The translations under genes and the position numbers were made by a program. Below, piece after piece: positions 1 through 14,131 of a DNA stretch of 64,000 bases. The notes under the pieces were generated by a model, which made no database searches, had not been told where the DNA came from, and saw only the letters and a program-made list of their open reading frames with translations. The number at the start of each line of letters is the position of its first letter. Position 1 is the stretch's first letter. Source of the stretch: Tubiluchus corallicola (taxonomy: Eukaryota > Animalia > Priapulida); the NCBI GenBank assembly GCA_030141605.1, contig JAQGDQ010000319.1, forward strand, positions 186,001 to 250,000. Reading direction: 5' to 3'.

Positions 1-159
1 ACTGCTGTCATTGAATTTGCTATGCTTTTGCTAAATACGAATTGCATTTTGTTTCAAAGAAAAACGTTCCCTAAGGATTTCAGTGTTTCCCAACAATGAG
101 GCTTTTCACAGTTGCAGCAACTGATGATGATTGTGAAAAGGACAAAAGTTAAGTGAACC

Positions 160-587
160 AGACAACACATTTGTGTACACTTGACAACGCATTTGTGTAC
201 ACTTGACAACGTTTTTGTGTACACTTGACAACGCATTTGTGTACACTTGACAACGCATTTGTGTACACTTGACAACGTTTTTGTGTACACTTGACAACGC
301 ATTTGTGTACTCTTGACAACGCATTTGTGTACACTTGACAACGCATTTGTGTACACTTGACAACGCATTTGTGTACTCTTGACAATGCATTTGTGTACAC
401 TTGACAACGCATTTGTGTACACTTGACAATGCATTTGTGTACTCTTGACAACGCATTTGTGTACACTTGACAACACATTTGTGTACACTTGACAACACAT
501 TTGTGTACACTTGACAACGCATTTGTGTACACTTGACAACGCATTTGTGTACACTTGACAACGCATTTGTGTACACTTGACAACACC
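160..587. repeat. 22-bp minisatellite (CACTTGACAACGCATTTGTGTA)n, ~19 copies, in an ABAT-like intron
   Basis: Near-perfect tandem repeat; explains the three overlapping repetitive minus-strand ORFs at 54-586. Confidence 0.95.
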
Positions 588-1108
588 TTGCAGCCCCTGC
601 TGTTGTAATAGTAACAGTTTTAACAGCTAGCTAGAACCTTACCTAGTTTATTTTTTCTTGTTCCCAAGCAAGATCGTGCTAGTAAATCACTCTATGCACA
701 GACTAATGCATAATTAAGCAAAGTCCGGGTAAAACAACTGAAGTTACGGAATTAAACGGCTTTGCTTTACCCACATGTCACGTGACGCTTGTAGGTAAGA
801 TGCGTTGCTGTGGTACACTTAACCTTTGACCTACAGCAACTGTGCATGCGCACAACAGAACTGTGAAAAGGCTTATTTCAAAAGTGTTCGGTTCCCCAAC
901 ATCGAAAAGGAAGTACTCGTATTCCTACTGAAATGATCATTCAACAATCAGTAATTGATCTCAGTCACGATAAAAAAATCAATAACCAATCAGCTTCTAG
1001 ATCTAGGTGTAGGTTAAGAAAACAAGGTACTACTGGTGTCTTCCAAAAACTAGGAATTCTGCGTATCTGCACAAAATTCTCATCACTGTTAGTTACTGCT
1101 GCACATAC

Positions 1109-1227
1109 CTGAATCTTGTCCAATTCTTGTAAAAGTTCTGCAGACTGTGGTCCGGGAATGGCAGTCTTCATGGATGGACGTTCCGGCTCTGCTGGACAGA
1201 AGCTTTGTGTAGCAGCATGTCTGGACA
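1109..1227 (-). CDS. ABAT: 4-aminobutyrate aminotransferase (GABA-T)-like, N-terminal coding exon; gene continues off the left edge
   Basis: Translation SRHAATQSFCPAEPERPSMKTAIPGPQSAELLQELDKIQ resembles the GABA-T N-terminal 'EPxGPxMKTxxPGPxSxELxxxL..IQ' segment; acceptor ttttctag and donor CAG|gtatgt. Start exon not resolved. Confidence 0.8.
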
Positions 1228-4200
1228 CTAGAAAAGCCAGCAGAAATCAAGTCATACTAACATGTCGCTATCAGCTTATGTAGCGCATGCAGAAATTCAG
1301 GTATCAGCTATAACTAAGCTTCTGTAGCTATAATTACGTGTGCAAACAGACTATCTTGATTCTAATAATCACGCAATGCCACAAAAACAATATTTGGTAA
1401 TCAAATACATATACGAATCAAAGTGTGGCACTGGGGCTGTTTATAGTTTTATGTATTCTTTATACAAATCGCTCCAAGCAACATTCAAGGTATGCACTTG
1501 TCTATTCAGGAGTACTCCAGAGATCAGTCCTGGGATATCTGTTGCCCCTAATTTATGTTAATGCAGTTGGCGAGTGCATAGTACTTATAGAATTATGTAA
1601 ATTAGCAGATAACTGCAAAATGAGCACATATACTGACATTCTGTCCCCGAGAAACTCCTTGCAGATGCTTTATAACTAGCTGTTAGAATGGAATATGTTA
1701 CTTATATGAAATGCATGGATATCAAATGCCCACCAGGAGGAAATTATGATGTATTTCACTAAACATAGTGCAAAAGAAAACTAATTTAAACGTATTTCCG
1801 CAAATGTTAAAAGAAGCAAAGAAAATACAATCTAGATGCATCCTAGGCAGAATTTTTATCAATAAAAATGACATGTAAGTCTAAAATCCGTCCTTAATGG
1901 AACATGCTAGCCGTCTTTGGAATTCATACTAGACATGCTTAACTGCTCAAGGTTGTTCAGAGAAGGACTACAAAGATAGTTGAGTGTCTAATATTGGTAA
2001 CAACTTACGCCTCTATGTCTGCACTCACACACAGCTGGCTTAACACAAATTTTTAGGATGTTAAAGGGAATGGAGCTGAAAACTTTTTAAAAATCGTGGG
2101 AGGACCAAGTGTGAACACCGGTTGTAACTGTTTAAAAGAAAAGAGCAAATTTGGATTTAAAACATTTTTCTTTAGCTGCAGTTAATTGATTACCTCAAAA
2201 CATTGTGGATGCTCTAAAGGTAATCATTTCAAGGAGGCAATTCAAAAATGTGCATCATGTACTGAAGAATGGAACATAAATAATTGGATTAAAAAGAAAC
2301 AAGTTTGCAAACATTGACTTTCTTCTACAATGAGATACCAATATCCTTACGGACGACGTAGCGTAATGCATATTAATTATTATGCTTTTCTATATGTTCA
2401 TAATCAATGTATGCAATTAATTTTTATTGTAAGTAATGCCAGCAGCTCCAAGTGTTAACTATTTTAAACCAGTGCATTTACTAATGTTGTTTGGGAGCAT
2501 TACACGAGGGAACCAAGCCATAAAAAATTGATGCAAACGTGGTTGGCTAGTGGGAAAGGCGAGTGAAAAAAGGCCAGGATTTTTATAATAAAAAACAGTT
2601 TTGGTTGCAAAAACTCTTGTAACGGATTTATAAAAAGCAAGCAATTTGAGAAAATATTTAGCGTATAAATAATTCACCGTTAACCTACCTACTCTCGAAT
2701 ACACTGGTAAACTATTCACCGTCACTTCAACATTAAATTTTGCAGTATGCCCTAATCGGCAAATACATTTCACACAGTTAGAAACAAACATGATATCTAC
2801 AGCTGTCACTCCACTTGATTGCAGAAAGACCAACAGCAAAGCAGCCGACGAGTGACCAAGCAGCTGCAGTGCAGTCTGCCTACGATTCCGAAAATAACCC
2901 CAACCAGCACTCACTGAACCTTACAATGAACTGCGGGTGCGAAGCTTTCTGCTTCTTTCTTAACCGCAAAAGTAGTTGTTGAAAAGATTGAAAATTGTCC
3001 TTCACGACAAAACTGCCTGTTTCTCAACGACCAGTTCATTTGTTAGTGCTGGTACGCAAGCTCGCACACACGGCGTTGAAGCTAAAGATTATTGAAATAC
3101 ACATGTACGTTATGATAAAAGATAATAAGGTTATATGCGACTTCATATTTTAGAAGTATGAGTGCCGAAAAATCTGCATTATAACTATTTTCGAAAGGGC
3201 AGTCGTTCATTCTTATAAGTTACTGTGTGAATATTAACAAGTGTATCAGCAGAAAAAGTTTATACCATTTTATTTCTGCCATGTTAATTTGAAGTCGCTA
3301 TAATAATAACGTGTAACTAATAGGTTTCGAAACTGGATTACTGTTACGAGACTATTATGCACACGACAAATTTTTTTAATGAGCTAGCACTGGATGCCAC
3401 TTAGAATAGTTAAACTTACAAAAATCTTTTCCAATTTCATTACATTCGTGCATAAAAGAAATTTGATGTCAACTTTGATTTTCAGAATTTACAAAATTTT
3501 GCCTCTCATGCCAAGGTACGCATGTCGCTTGTTGAATTGAACTATCTAGCTGAAAGTCATTTTGGTTAGAACTGACTAACCCGTCTGGCTGAATGAGTCA
3601 GTAATAAAAATGGTACAAGAAAAGTTTTGTTCTTTTATGGGGAGAAACCTATGGCATGAACATACCACTTCAGAAGACAATGGCGTATTCGCCACCATAT
3701 CTGTTCCAGATGACTTTATAACCACACCAGATCCATTCATGGGTCTTAGAAGTAGTTCAAGCAGCATACCCTAAATTTAGACTTAAGGTGGTCTTTAATT
3801 AAAGCATCACGCTTTGGGGATTTTTCCTCACTGTATGCGTATCCCTGTCATTTACAGGTTTGCATGCATTTAGCTCCAACAGCAGTTACATTGGACAGAC
3901 AAAGAAGTCATTTTAGAGTTAGGACTAAGTAACACTTGGGCAAATCTCCTCGTTTAACTCCCCACTCTGCTGCTCAGGAACCTTTGACAAGAATAGTCTT
4001 CATTTTTCGGATTTGAAAGATTTGACGAAATTGAGGAGCCATAATGATTTTCTTAGCTGGTGACACAGAATTTCTGGTCTTTATAGAGGAAAAACCAACT
4101 GTAAACACTACTGGCTTCTGAATCCCAATTAAATTTTTTTCCATTAAATTGCTTAATATAAGATGCATTTGTGGGCCAGCAGGCCTCAAGCTGCTTAATG

Positions 4201-5100
4201 ACTGATGATAAAGTTGCCTGCTACTGGTACTGCTGCTGGTACGCTAGTGAACGCCTAGTATTGTACATGCACTTTTTTATGTTCTTTATGTGCTTTTTTA
4301 CTTTTTTGCACTCTTGTGTATAAAAAATAAAATATATGATGTGACTGTTTAGTGATTATTCTTGTTAATTAAGATCGTGCTAAACATAATGTGTATGGCG
4401 CTTCAAATGTCCATTGAACAGAAGATACAAGCAGCAATGGTGAAAAACAGTGACAAAAAACCGTAATCCACCCTCACACAGATGTTTGCAAACAATCTGT
4501 TGTTATTATTTCAAGACCACGCATACCGTTATGAAATTTGTTCTTGTCTTGGTTTTATTGTATAAAACTCCATTAATATGGAGCAACTTCAGCATAAATG
4601 AAGCCTCTGTTTACGACTATTCATAACTTATTTCAGTTTCGTTACTCTCTGGAAGTTTTTCTCAATCGATGTTTTTATCCAAAGTCTAAAACTTCCTGCA
4701 TACAGGACAGCTCAATTAAATGAGACGAATGTACTCGATAATTCATAGATTCTGAAGATTTCAAAAAATTTATGTAAGTTTGAAACAGCTTTAATTAAAA
4801 CAGGCTGGTGTAATGCTGACAATCAAATACCCTTGTTCAAATTTACGGATATATTTCGCTTATTAGTAGCAATAGGTCTAACTTGGTCATTTGTTTTCAT
4901 CTGTCTAAGATGCATCACTTTTCTCGCAAATTTCACCGGACAAAACTAGCCGCTGCAAATCTAGTTTCACGCATTACTTTCCGGAGACAGGGAAAGTTCA
5001 ACAAGAAACTTCTCAGAAAGCATATGAAATTAATGAATACCATTATGCCATCATTGGAAAGAGCATACCCTTCATTTCATCGGGTAAATGCTGTTACTAG

Positions 5101-5275
5101 GTTTGCAGCTGTTGTCTTAAAGTTAGAAAGTGACGTTAGAAATATGGTGAAAGTTTGCAGCTGCTGTCTTAAAGTTAAAAAGTGACGTTAGAAATATGGT
5201 GAAAGTTTGCAGCTGTTGTCTTAAAGTTAAAAAGTGACGTTAGAAATATGCTGAAAGTTTGCAGCTGTTGTCCTA
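5101..5275. repeat. ~52-bp tandem repeat, ~3 copies
   Basis: GTTTGCAGCTGTTGTCTTAAAGTTAAAAAGTGACGTTAGAAATATGGTGAAA repeated. Confidence 0.8.
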
Positions 5276-7319
5276 AAGAGAAATACGCGGAAAGCTATGT
5301 GGAAGACATTTATTTCGCGAGTCAGTAGCTGCCTAATCCAGGCTTGATGCCTGAGTAAACATCAAGTTTTGCGATAATTTGGCTTAGTAAGAATTTATTT
5401 ACGATTTTCCAGAGAAATAGTAAGTAACGTGTCGCGTTTCTCAGGAATTACGTATTCACCTGGTAACCTGACTCGTGAATTTGCAGAAACAAAGAACTTC
5501 TTGTTCATGTGCGTACTGGAGCTGTATTTAAATTTATAATTTTTTAGATTATATATTGATCTGAAGAGATGTGTTCATGAAACGCCGTCGTTTAAAATAA
5601 ATTTCCTATGGATAATATTGGACTGAATTCGACTCAAGGGGGAGGGAGGGCGGTCCCGAATGGCATGGCGGTCTTGATATTGCGTATCACGAAGATCCAT
5701 TTTTGTATCGTCGTGTAATTGATTATTTAACTACAAATGTTAATCTTAATTATAAATGTTATGCTAATTAATTAAGCTAATGTCTGTGAACTAATGGCAT
5801 ATACGTGTTATAGCATATCATTTAACTCACACAAAATGGAACACAAATATTACATTGTGCGGAGTTTATTACTAGCACTTGGAACAAAATACACACGCAC
5901 ACGCACGCGCACACGCACACGCACACAAAGATAACAGGCTGTAGTGACCTCTACGCGCTTATACTAGCATTCCAGGTCAGCTGGCTTCTTACACCACGTG
6001 TAGGCCCAAACAAGACGTCTGGACCTACAAGAAAGGGGTGAGTCGCTGCTGACGTGGAAGCAGGGCGCGTAGAGGGCCCTACACCTGACCCGATAACAGG
6101 TGCCTCCGTAACAGTATTTGCACGATTTTACATAAAAGTTTATCTATTGAAAGTTATATATATTTCTAGATAAAATCCAATATATATAATCTTGAATTAT
6201 GAAATTCTTAACATGTTACAGTAACGAAAGATATTTATAGTAATGAAAATAAAGTTGAACTTAGTGAACCTGAACACGTCTTGATTTGTTTGAAAATCGC
6301 TCTGTAATAAGTGATTTTGAACATATTTTGGCAAAAATCTTGAATTTGAACACATTCCGACTTCATTAATTATAATTATGTAAAAGAAAACTTCATACTA
6401 TGGTTTTGAACAGTTTAACACCAGTTAAATTAGTCACTTTATTTTTTGTTTTGTCCAGTTTGTCTGTCTGTATGTTGTAACCCATAACCTCAATAAAAAA
6501 TTATGAACACTTTGGTACAGGTTGATTTCCTCTATTACTGTGCTCAAAAAAAAGAAGTGAAGGCGGTGTAGAGGGGGTGGGATTTCAACATAAATTGCAG
6601 TCTTAACAAACTGCATTATGAAGTTTGAAATCTGAACTTTACCAGCAGACTATGAAACCTCAACTACTACTGCCCAACATACAATAGCCAGGACGCCTGT
6701 TACACCTCATTAACTCTAGTTGAAACCCAACGGTTGAAATTGTTGAACTACAATGGTATTTGAAATACAATGGTATGTAAGTAGATAGTACAGTAAACAG
6801 CTTAAGAAATAGGTAAATTATTTTTACAGGCAAACAACCAAAAGACCTCCATAAGATACTACCACTTTCTGCTAAGTCTAAATCTAAAAAACATTAATTA
6901 TAGCACAATTGCATAACAAAATGCATATTATCAAATTGTTTCCTTAACAATACATTTTCCACTATAAGTTTTCATTATTATTTAATTTGCTTATTATTCT
7001 ACTTCCTGCTCATTGAAATGCTTTAGTGATGCCATTCGTAGGTATCACCTACATTTCTTACATTTTTAACTACTAGGCCTACAACTAATTCTCTTATTCT
7101 ATGTTAGTACAATATTTTGCGCATATTACTAATAGCAACATTGCTTACAGGGTGGTTGACTTTGGTAACTTTTAGTTTTTCGCCACCCTTTCACCAATCA
7201 CTTGAACACCATTAACTCAGGTAATTTATTAATTTAATAATCTTGTCACTTTGTATCATATTACCATATTATCGTTTCATGCTTTGCGTTTGTCTTGTAG
7301 AAAAGGTGATAAATAAAGA

Positions 7320-7320
<1 letters not shown>

Positions 7321-7366
<46 letters not shown>
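7321..7366. repeat. (ACTT)n microsatellite
   Basis: Direct observation. Confidence 0.95.
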
Positions 7367-7368
<2 letters not shown>

Positions 7369-8823
7369 TGGGTTAATACTAATTAAAGCATTTTTAAGGG
7401 TTATCTGAAATTTTATAGACTGTTCCAATTAACGGTTTATATAGCTTGACATCTTTGTGAAAATTTTAATTCAAAGTTTTTTATTTTCATCAGTCTCACT
7501 TCTAGCCTACGGTAATCAAATTTTCTTGGATATATATGTATATATATGAAGTTCCGCTTTCATTTCGCTGATGCGATGATCGTAAAACAAAATCCATGAT
7601 TATTGTAGCAATTTAATTTGTTTAAACTAAATATTTGACAAATTTCTAGTTATGCTCATAAAAACTCCAGCTTGTAACGCAATTGTAAAACTTATTTTAA
7701 GCGCGGATCTAGCAGTGAGGTGTAGGCAGGTGGCAGATCCCTGGTGTGTCCGAATTACAGATTTTATAACTCTCCCTGGAAACATTTTTATGATCCCTTC
7801 CTAATTCATAACTATTATGCCAAATCTTCTTAACCTCAGTAATTAATAAATTAATAAATGACGAATTAAAAACTGTTCAGCCAATTCAAAAATTTAAAAA
7901 GAAGTACAGCGCGATGATTCTCAACAAGTACAACACTTCCTAATTTTCCACACCTACTGCGGCAGTCATACCACAATCCAGGTACAGATTATGCAAAACA
8001 AGGCATCATTGATAAATCTTTAGAGCTGATGTTAACATAGCGCAATCTATTATCTTTCTTCCTACCATTTCCACTAACACATCCTTCTACCCTTCCTGTG
8101 TGATCTAACCTTTTGCCCAGTTCTTTTTTTTGTTCACTCATCCATTCTTTTTTATCGAGTTCACACGACAGTGGGCCTATACAGGCCTTTGCTTCTCTAG
8201 CCCACTGCAGTACAATTATTCTTTTATGATAACGATAGTGTATGAAACATAACAATTTAATACAGTATGATGTAATAATTTTGATGTCACTGTGTGCTTA
8301 GTGTCATTATATTGTACTGAATGTGATAATAATAATAATAAATAAAATTATTAATTCCTTACAACTATTATAAGGTTTTAGCGCTGTGGTTACCACGCAA
8401 AGCACGAAAATCAACCCGTCCTTTCAATTTTATTGTACTAATCCGCCCTTATATTACGTACTTTCACAGACAGCGCATTGTAAAAATGCTTGTAATATTT
8501 TATAATATCTTATGAAGATTCCTTCTGAAAAGAATTCATAAAATATTCAAAATAACAACGTTAATAATTTTCTTTGAATATCGTGGATTTTTTGTTGAAG
8601 CGAAACGATTTGTATGTTCAATGCTCAGTGAGATTACAACTCATGTAACAGAAAGAAAGAAGAAAAAGAGAAAGAAGAAGAAGTTGATACTGTAAAAGGT
8701 GAGCATTTAAATCTGCGAATTAAATTCATAAGATTTCGCTCACTCAGGTTTGGAGCTTATCTTCTTTTCGTTGCTCGAATTTAAGGTTCAAATTCAAAGT
8801 GCAAAGAAACAGTAAAGAGGACC

Positions 8824-9156
8824 TGTTGAACTATGTTAAAAGCATTAGATTATGATAGATAATTATGTTGATGAATGCTGGCATGAAGCCAGTTAAGGAG
8901 TGGTGTCACGTGAGTAAGTGATTCAGAATCGAGGCGTCGAAGCTCGGCGCACGATATATAAGCCTTGTGATGCGCCCAGCTCAGGGGATTGAGTCTGGGA
9001 GCTGAAGGAGAGCAGGCTAGATCAGGGGGCTTGGCATTACTATCTGTTATATTTATTGTGTTTGATGTTTAATAAACGTGTAGTTTTATAATCTGACTCT
9101 TCATAGTTTTGCCATCCCTAAAACACCAATAATCAGCTACACACAACCAATACAAC
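8824..9156 (+). mobile_element. possible degenerate solo LTR
   Basis: Starts TGTTG; TATATAA near 8955; AATAAA at 9071-9076; ends ...TACAAC. No clean TSD. Confidence 0.4.
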
Positions 9157-9727
9157 GAATTATTTTACTAGACTAAATATTTCTTTTATTTGAGTTATAA
9201 AGATTTAACGTTGGTTTGTATGCAAAATCGTAAGCTAAAAGCAGGACACTAATCTAACATTTTATGCGTAGCAAGCCTGAATGTTTTAATGTACATTATC
9301 TTGGTTCTACAAACATCTAATTAACGTCTAGCTTTTACACATACTAAAACGTTGAATGTTTAATGTACATGTATTTCAGAATTCGAGATTAAAATGATGA
9401 ATCAAATTTTGACTTTATTCTTGCAGCAGCATCCGCAATACCTAATACTAAAACATTTAACGTTAAGCAGAACGTCAGTCATGCTCACTCTAGCTCTGCT
9501 GACTGCACAATTAGCGTGCGTAAGTTTCACACACCTCCGGAAGCTACGTGTCGCCGTTTTTTTCGGGACATGAGCTGCAGCTATGCATTTCCTGGCATGT
9601 TAGCCTGTTGCTACACTTTACTAGGATTGGTGTTGCAATCATCAATGGCAAATAAATTATTCCATTATTCTCTCACAGTGAATGAATATTTGCAAATGTC
9701 GAGACGTGACTACTCTTTAAACGTTTT

Positions 9728-10092
9728 TGTTGTGGAGATCGCTGGCATCTATTAGAATTAAATAGAACATTGTATAATGTTTCGTTAGAATAATCGTCTT
9801 ACCTTGTAGAATGTTCTGGAAAGGAACTTCTAGAAACTTCTCGGCCGCGCTATATAAGGCGAAGCAGGCCGCTGCGACACACACAGATTCACACGGACGC
9901 CACTAACATTCTCTTGTGTACTTACATTTTCAGATACACTCAAACGTTTTCCAGATTTTCACGTTTAGTGTAATCATTTCATGTTCCTTCATACTTTTGT
10001 GTTGCAGAATTCTCGCTTAATAAACTAATTTAATTTGATGACGTGTTTTCTAGTTTTCTCTACGAGCCTTCAGAGAGAAACAAAACACAACA
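9728..10092 (+). mobile_element. solo LTR (BEL/Pao- or Copia-like), 365 bp
   Basis: Termini TGTTGTG...CACAACA; 5-bp TSD GTTTT (9723-9727 and 10093-10097); TATATAA at 9851; AATAAA at 10019-10024. Confidence 0.8.
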
Positions 10093-12251
10093 GTTTTAAA
10101 AAAATGTCATAGTTTTTTAATCAACAAATATATTAGAGAAATTTTCAAGCAAAATGAAGTCATGTTTATTATCCTGGTCAGTGTTTTATAAACCTCAATA
10201 AGATCAGTGTCGTGTCGTATTTCATTTGTGGTCAAAATGTTTATTACATGTCAATGTAATATTAGTATCCAAAAAGAAATAGTTAATTTTATGCTATTTT
10301 GTTTGGTTATAAACATGGTTAAAAATGTTAGTAGGGCTTATGTAACTTTGACGGTTGCCATAAGGATCGTCTACGGAATACAGCAGTAAATTTTTTCCAT
10401 TTCTACGGATTCCTAAAAAAACGCAATTTTTTATTTTTTTTAACTACTAGCATTTGAAAATCTACCTGGAAATTGGCGCATATTTCCAAAATTGCCTTTG
10501 AAATTTTGCTGGACAAAACAATAAAATTCTGGTCTTGTTGCTGATAATTTTAAACTAATGTTTAGTGTAAATTTTTGCCGATAGATGTCACAATTCTCAG
10601 CCTTGACTTGGCTTTCGTAGCAACTTGATAACAACGTGGTAAATAACTTACACCTTGCAACTAACACGCCACAAGTTGTTTAGTAGAAGGTGCACAACGC
10701 AACTAAGACGCCACAAGTTGTTTTGCAGAAGTAAATTGCCCATAAATGCATTTAGTAAGACTAAGTTTATTGGGGAGAGTTGGGGTAGATCCTTGCTTCT
10801 TCAGTCAAGCAAATGTTGCCTCAGCAAGGGCTTATCCTTTCAACGATCAGCCCTTCACTGTTGTAAGACACAAGGTGCATCGTGCAGCCAGCTGTGAACT
10901 GGAGACCCACAGAATAGGTAATAGAGGGTAAGCTATGATCTACACTGTGATGAACCCAGCTGTAACTGTGCATGCGCCCGTTTGCGAGACGGGAGCGACA
11001 GGTTGATCCGATCTCCGAACTCGACCTTATGATTTTTAAAACATAGGAGATCTGATCTCGAACTCGACCTTTTGATTTTTAAAACATAGGAGATCTGATC
11101 TCCGAATTCGATCTTTTGATTTTGAAGTTTTAAGACGTAGGTTAAGTTTCAGCTCAGACAACAGCTCGACGACATTAAATTTTGAATGGAAGAACTTATT
11201 AGAGACAAAAGCGATTTGTAACAGCTAGTCTCCGAGACCCGAACTTATTTTTTTGTAATCTATGACTATAGTAGCAAAGTAGCTATAATGTCGGTAGAGT
11301 TTTCACTCAGCTTTTTTACTGAAGTAGTTCTCAAAATAAAACTGAAATTCAAAGCAACGTACATGGTTGAATTTTTAAAATGTTGCTTCACAGCCTCGGC
11401 CTCAGAAGGCGATGTGTAATGGCCAAAGGGTAAAATTTCACTAAACATACTTATGACATTTATCAGACTAATTTCAAATACTATAACAAACTAGAAAAAT
11501 TACCAAAATTGTATTTCTTATGACTATGTTCAATTCTGTATCTGTATTTCGTTAGAATTTTAGAAGTCTTCATGTGTCCAGGGACATTATTTTTTTCACC
11601 TCTGTTCTACTGGTTATTGAATAGCTACTTCCTCACCGGACTACCATCAGGTAGTCTGTACACAAATGGCGCGTTTTATTTTCCTTGCTCATTTTAGAAG
11701 AATAATTCTATACTCGTTACCATGGGAATTAGTCTGCATCATCATCTCCTGAAAGTGCGTCATGACACATTACGTCATTCATATGAAGATAACAATCGTT
11801 GCCATGGCAACGACTGTTCTTCTTTCTTGCAGTGACGTGATAGATGTCAGCCTTTGTTCGGCCTCATTTCTTTCTGTGCTGTCGATGCGGAAAGAAGTAT
11901 ATATTATTATTATTATTATTTGCGAGTCATTTTCTGCGTTTTATTGGGCTACCATGGGATGTTTTAGTTTCTTGTGCAACCGCGAGCGCCGTGAGGACCG
12001 TGAGGACCAACCGGTGCCTAGACGCTGGAGGATCCGGACCATATGGTCTAGGACCCGGGGGCGCGTCGCTCCTATGCCCTCAGTCCAATCCTCGTCTGGG
12101 ACCTCCACGCGTTGTAGTGGTGAGGGAGAGTCTTCCGGGACAACCACGGGGGCGGTTCGTCTTGGAAGCTCGAGTAGCATGGGTCTCCCTCTGGTTGAGT
12201 GCTGAATGTCATTCTTAAGTACTAACCTTACCGTACCATGCTCTCACGTCT

Positions 12252-12810
12252 GGGGTCTGGTCAGGACAGCCACTATTGGACTGTCAGAGCCCAGTTGGGA
12301 GGCGGGGTTGAGTGGAAATCTGGGCTCTGGTCAGGACAGCCACTATTGGACTGTCAGAGCCCCGTAAGTGAATAGGTGGGGTTGGGCGGAAATCTGGGCT
12401 CTGGTCAGGACAGCCACTATTGGACTGTCAGAGCCCCGTAAGTTGGTAGGTGGGGTTGGGCGGAAATCTGGGCTCTGGTCAGGACAGCCACTATTGGACT
12501 GTCAGAGCCCCGTAAGTTGGTAGGTGGGGTTGGGCGGAAATCTGGGCTCTGGTCAGGACAGCCACTATTGGACTGTCAGAGCCCCGTAAGTTGGTAGGTG
12601 GGGTTGGGCGGAAATCTGGGCTCTGGTCAGGACAGCCACTATTGGACTGTCAGAGCCCCGTAAGTTGGTAGGTGGGGTTGGGCGGAAATCTGGGCTCTGG
12701 TCAGGACAGCCACTATTGGACTGTCAGAGCCCCGTAAGTTGGTAGGTGGGTGGGGTTGAGCAGAAACTGGGCTCTGGTCAGGACAGCCACTATTGGACTG
12801 TCAGAGCCCC
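12252..12810. repeat. 74-bp tandem array (8 copies) of a hairpin plus G-rich linker, inside a ~1.1-kb GC-rich block (~11950-13095)
   Basis: Unit GGGCTCTGGTCAGGACAGCCACTATTGGACTGTCAGAGCCCCGTAAGTTGGTAGGTGGGGTTGGGCGGAAATCT; starts near 12252, 12322, 12396, 12470, 12544, 12618, 12692, 12769. Confidence 0.9.
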
Positions 12811-13899
12811 GTGCCTCGGGGGGAGGGGGGCCTGGCTCGCGGTAGTGCGTGCACTACAGGGGTGTGTGATGCGTTAGGCATAATTGCCTACTAAAGCTAA
12901 CTGTAGACGAACAGTTGGCACACAGCCTCTCCACACCCAAGACTCCTGCGTAACCTCCACGAGGTGCGAGCTGGTAACTGCCCCATTACAGGAGCAGGCT
13001 AATCAGCAGGGGATCTCGGAGCAGTATGGAGCCCCCAGAGGTGCAGTGTTGAAAGGCACTCACCATTCCATACCCCAACTATGGGTTAAATAGCATAATA
13101 TATTTCAGAGCAGATCTACGTGTACTTAAAAACAGAAGTTTTTTGTATTTTCTCTCATTATAGTGGAAATTAAGTTTAATAAAAAGTTAACAGGTTAACT
13201 GTATTGTTTACTGTTTTTTTGTTTGATTTTTGTATGTATAGTAGATGAAATGCTTTTAATTGTTTGCAATATTTATGCAGAAAATCGAGTTTAAATGAAA
13301 TTTGTCTTGTCTTACTTTATTTTATCTTACGTCTTCTCCTCTCCTCTACTTTCCTCTCCCAATTCTCTTTATTATTGTAACAAATTATTTTTATTGTAAT
13401 TTTTGTTTTTGTGTAAGAGTGTGTGATTTTTTTTTGTATTGATTTTTCTTTTTATATAATATGAGCTTCAGTTTGAAATAAAAGATCAAATCAAATCAAA
13501 TCAAATCAAATTCACTCCGTTTGTATCTCGTTTCGCCTCTTTCGTCTAGCACATCTTCTGATCTTACGTTAATTTTAATGCTACTGCACATGGAAAATGA
13601 TTTTTTTATAAAATTTCCGTGCAAGGCAGTGGTGGATAAGGCACAGACTTTATTAGTTGAGGTGCCTCCAGAGATTACGTAAAGTTAAATTACTACAGAA
13701 TGAGAGCAGAATTATGCTGAATTATCTCCTTGAAAAGGGCTCAATTAATTAATATACCGTAGAATAAAACATTATTATTATTATTGTTATTATTATTATT
13801 ATTATTACTATTGTTATTATTATCATCATCATCATCATCGCCATCACCATCATCATCATTATTATTCATTTTTATTACTAATATGCACTGTAATGAAAT

Positions 13900-14131
13900 T
13901 ACCACTATCTGTCCTGAAAGTAGAAATATATGGTTTGTAATATAAATTTTAATAACTTCTAAAATAGTTTCTTGAGTGTAGTAGTAGTAATGATGTACGC
14001 AGGAAGGATGCAAAAAAAATCATTATTAGGCCTTTCTGTACTTGGCTCCTTGATCAAACTGCCTGTGGCCCGCAGGAATTGCGGGAAAGTTTAATGTGGC
14101 CTGGCTAGTCAGATAATTTGCACACCCCTGG
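13900..14131 (+). mobile_element. 3' part of a dispersed hAT-like MITE; second copy at ~23502-23728
   Basis: ~230-bp homology between the two loci, ending TTTGCACACCCCTG / TTTCCACGCCCCTG. Confidence 0.65.

Noticed and set aside
54-586. Cys-rich repetitive ORFs
   Set aside because: All three minus frames are open because of a 22-bp tandem repeat; no protein signal.
2009-2127. Candidate upstream ABAT exon with good acceptor and GTAAGT donor
   Set aside because: The phase needed to join 1227 puts a TAG in frame; it may be UTR but is not supportable as CDS.
3420-5185. Possible decayed transposon or reverse-transcriptase coding remnants
   Set aside because: Only vague resemblance (QGKFNKKLLRK) with many stops; no diagnostic motif.
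12252-12810. CRISPR-like array of palindromic repeats
   Set aside because: Linkers are mostly identical rather than unique spacers; no cas genes; eukaryotic context.
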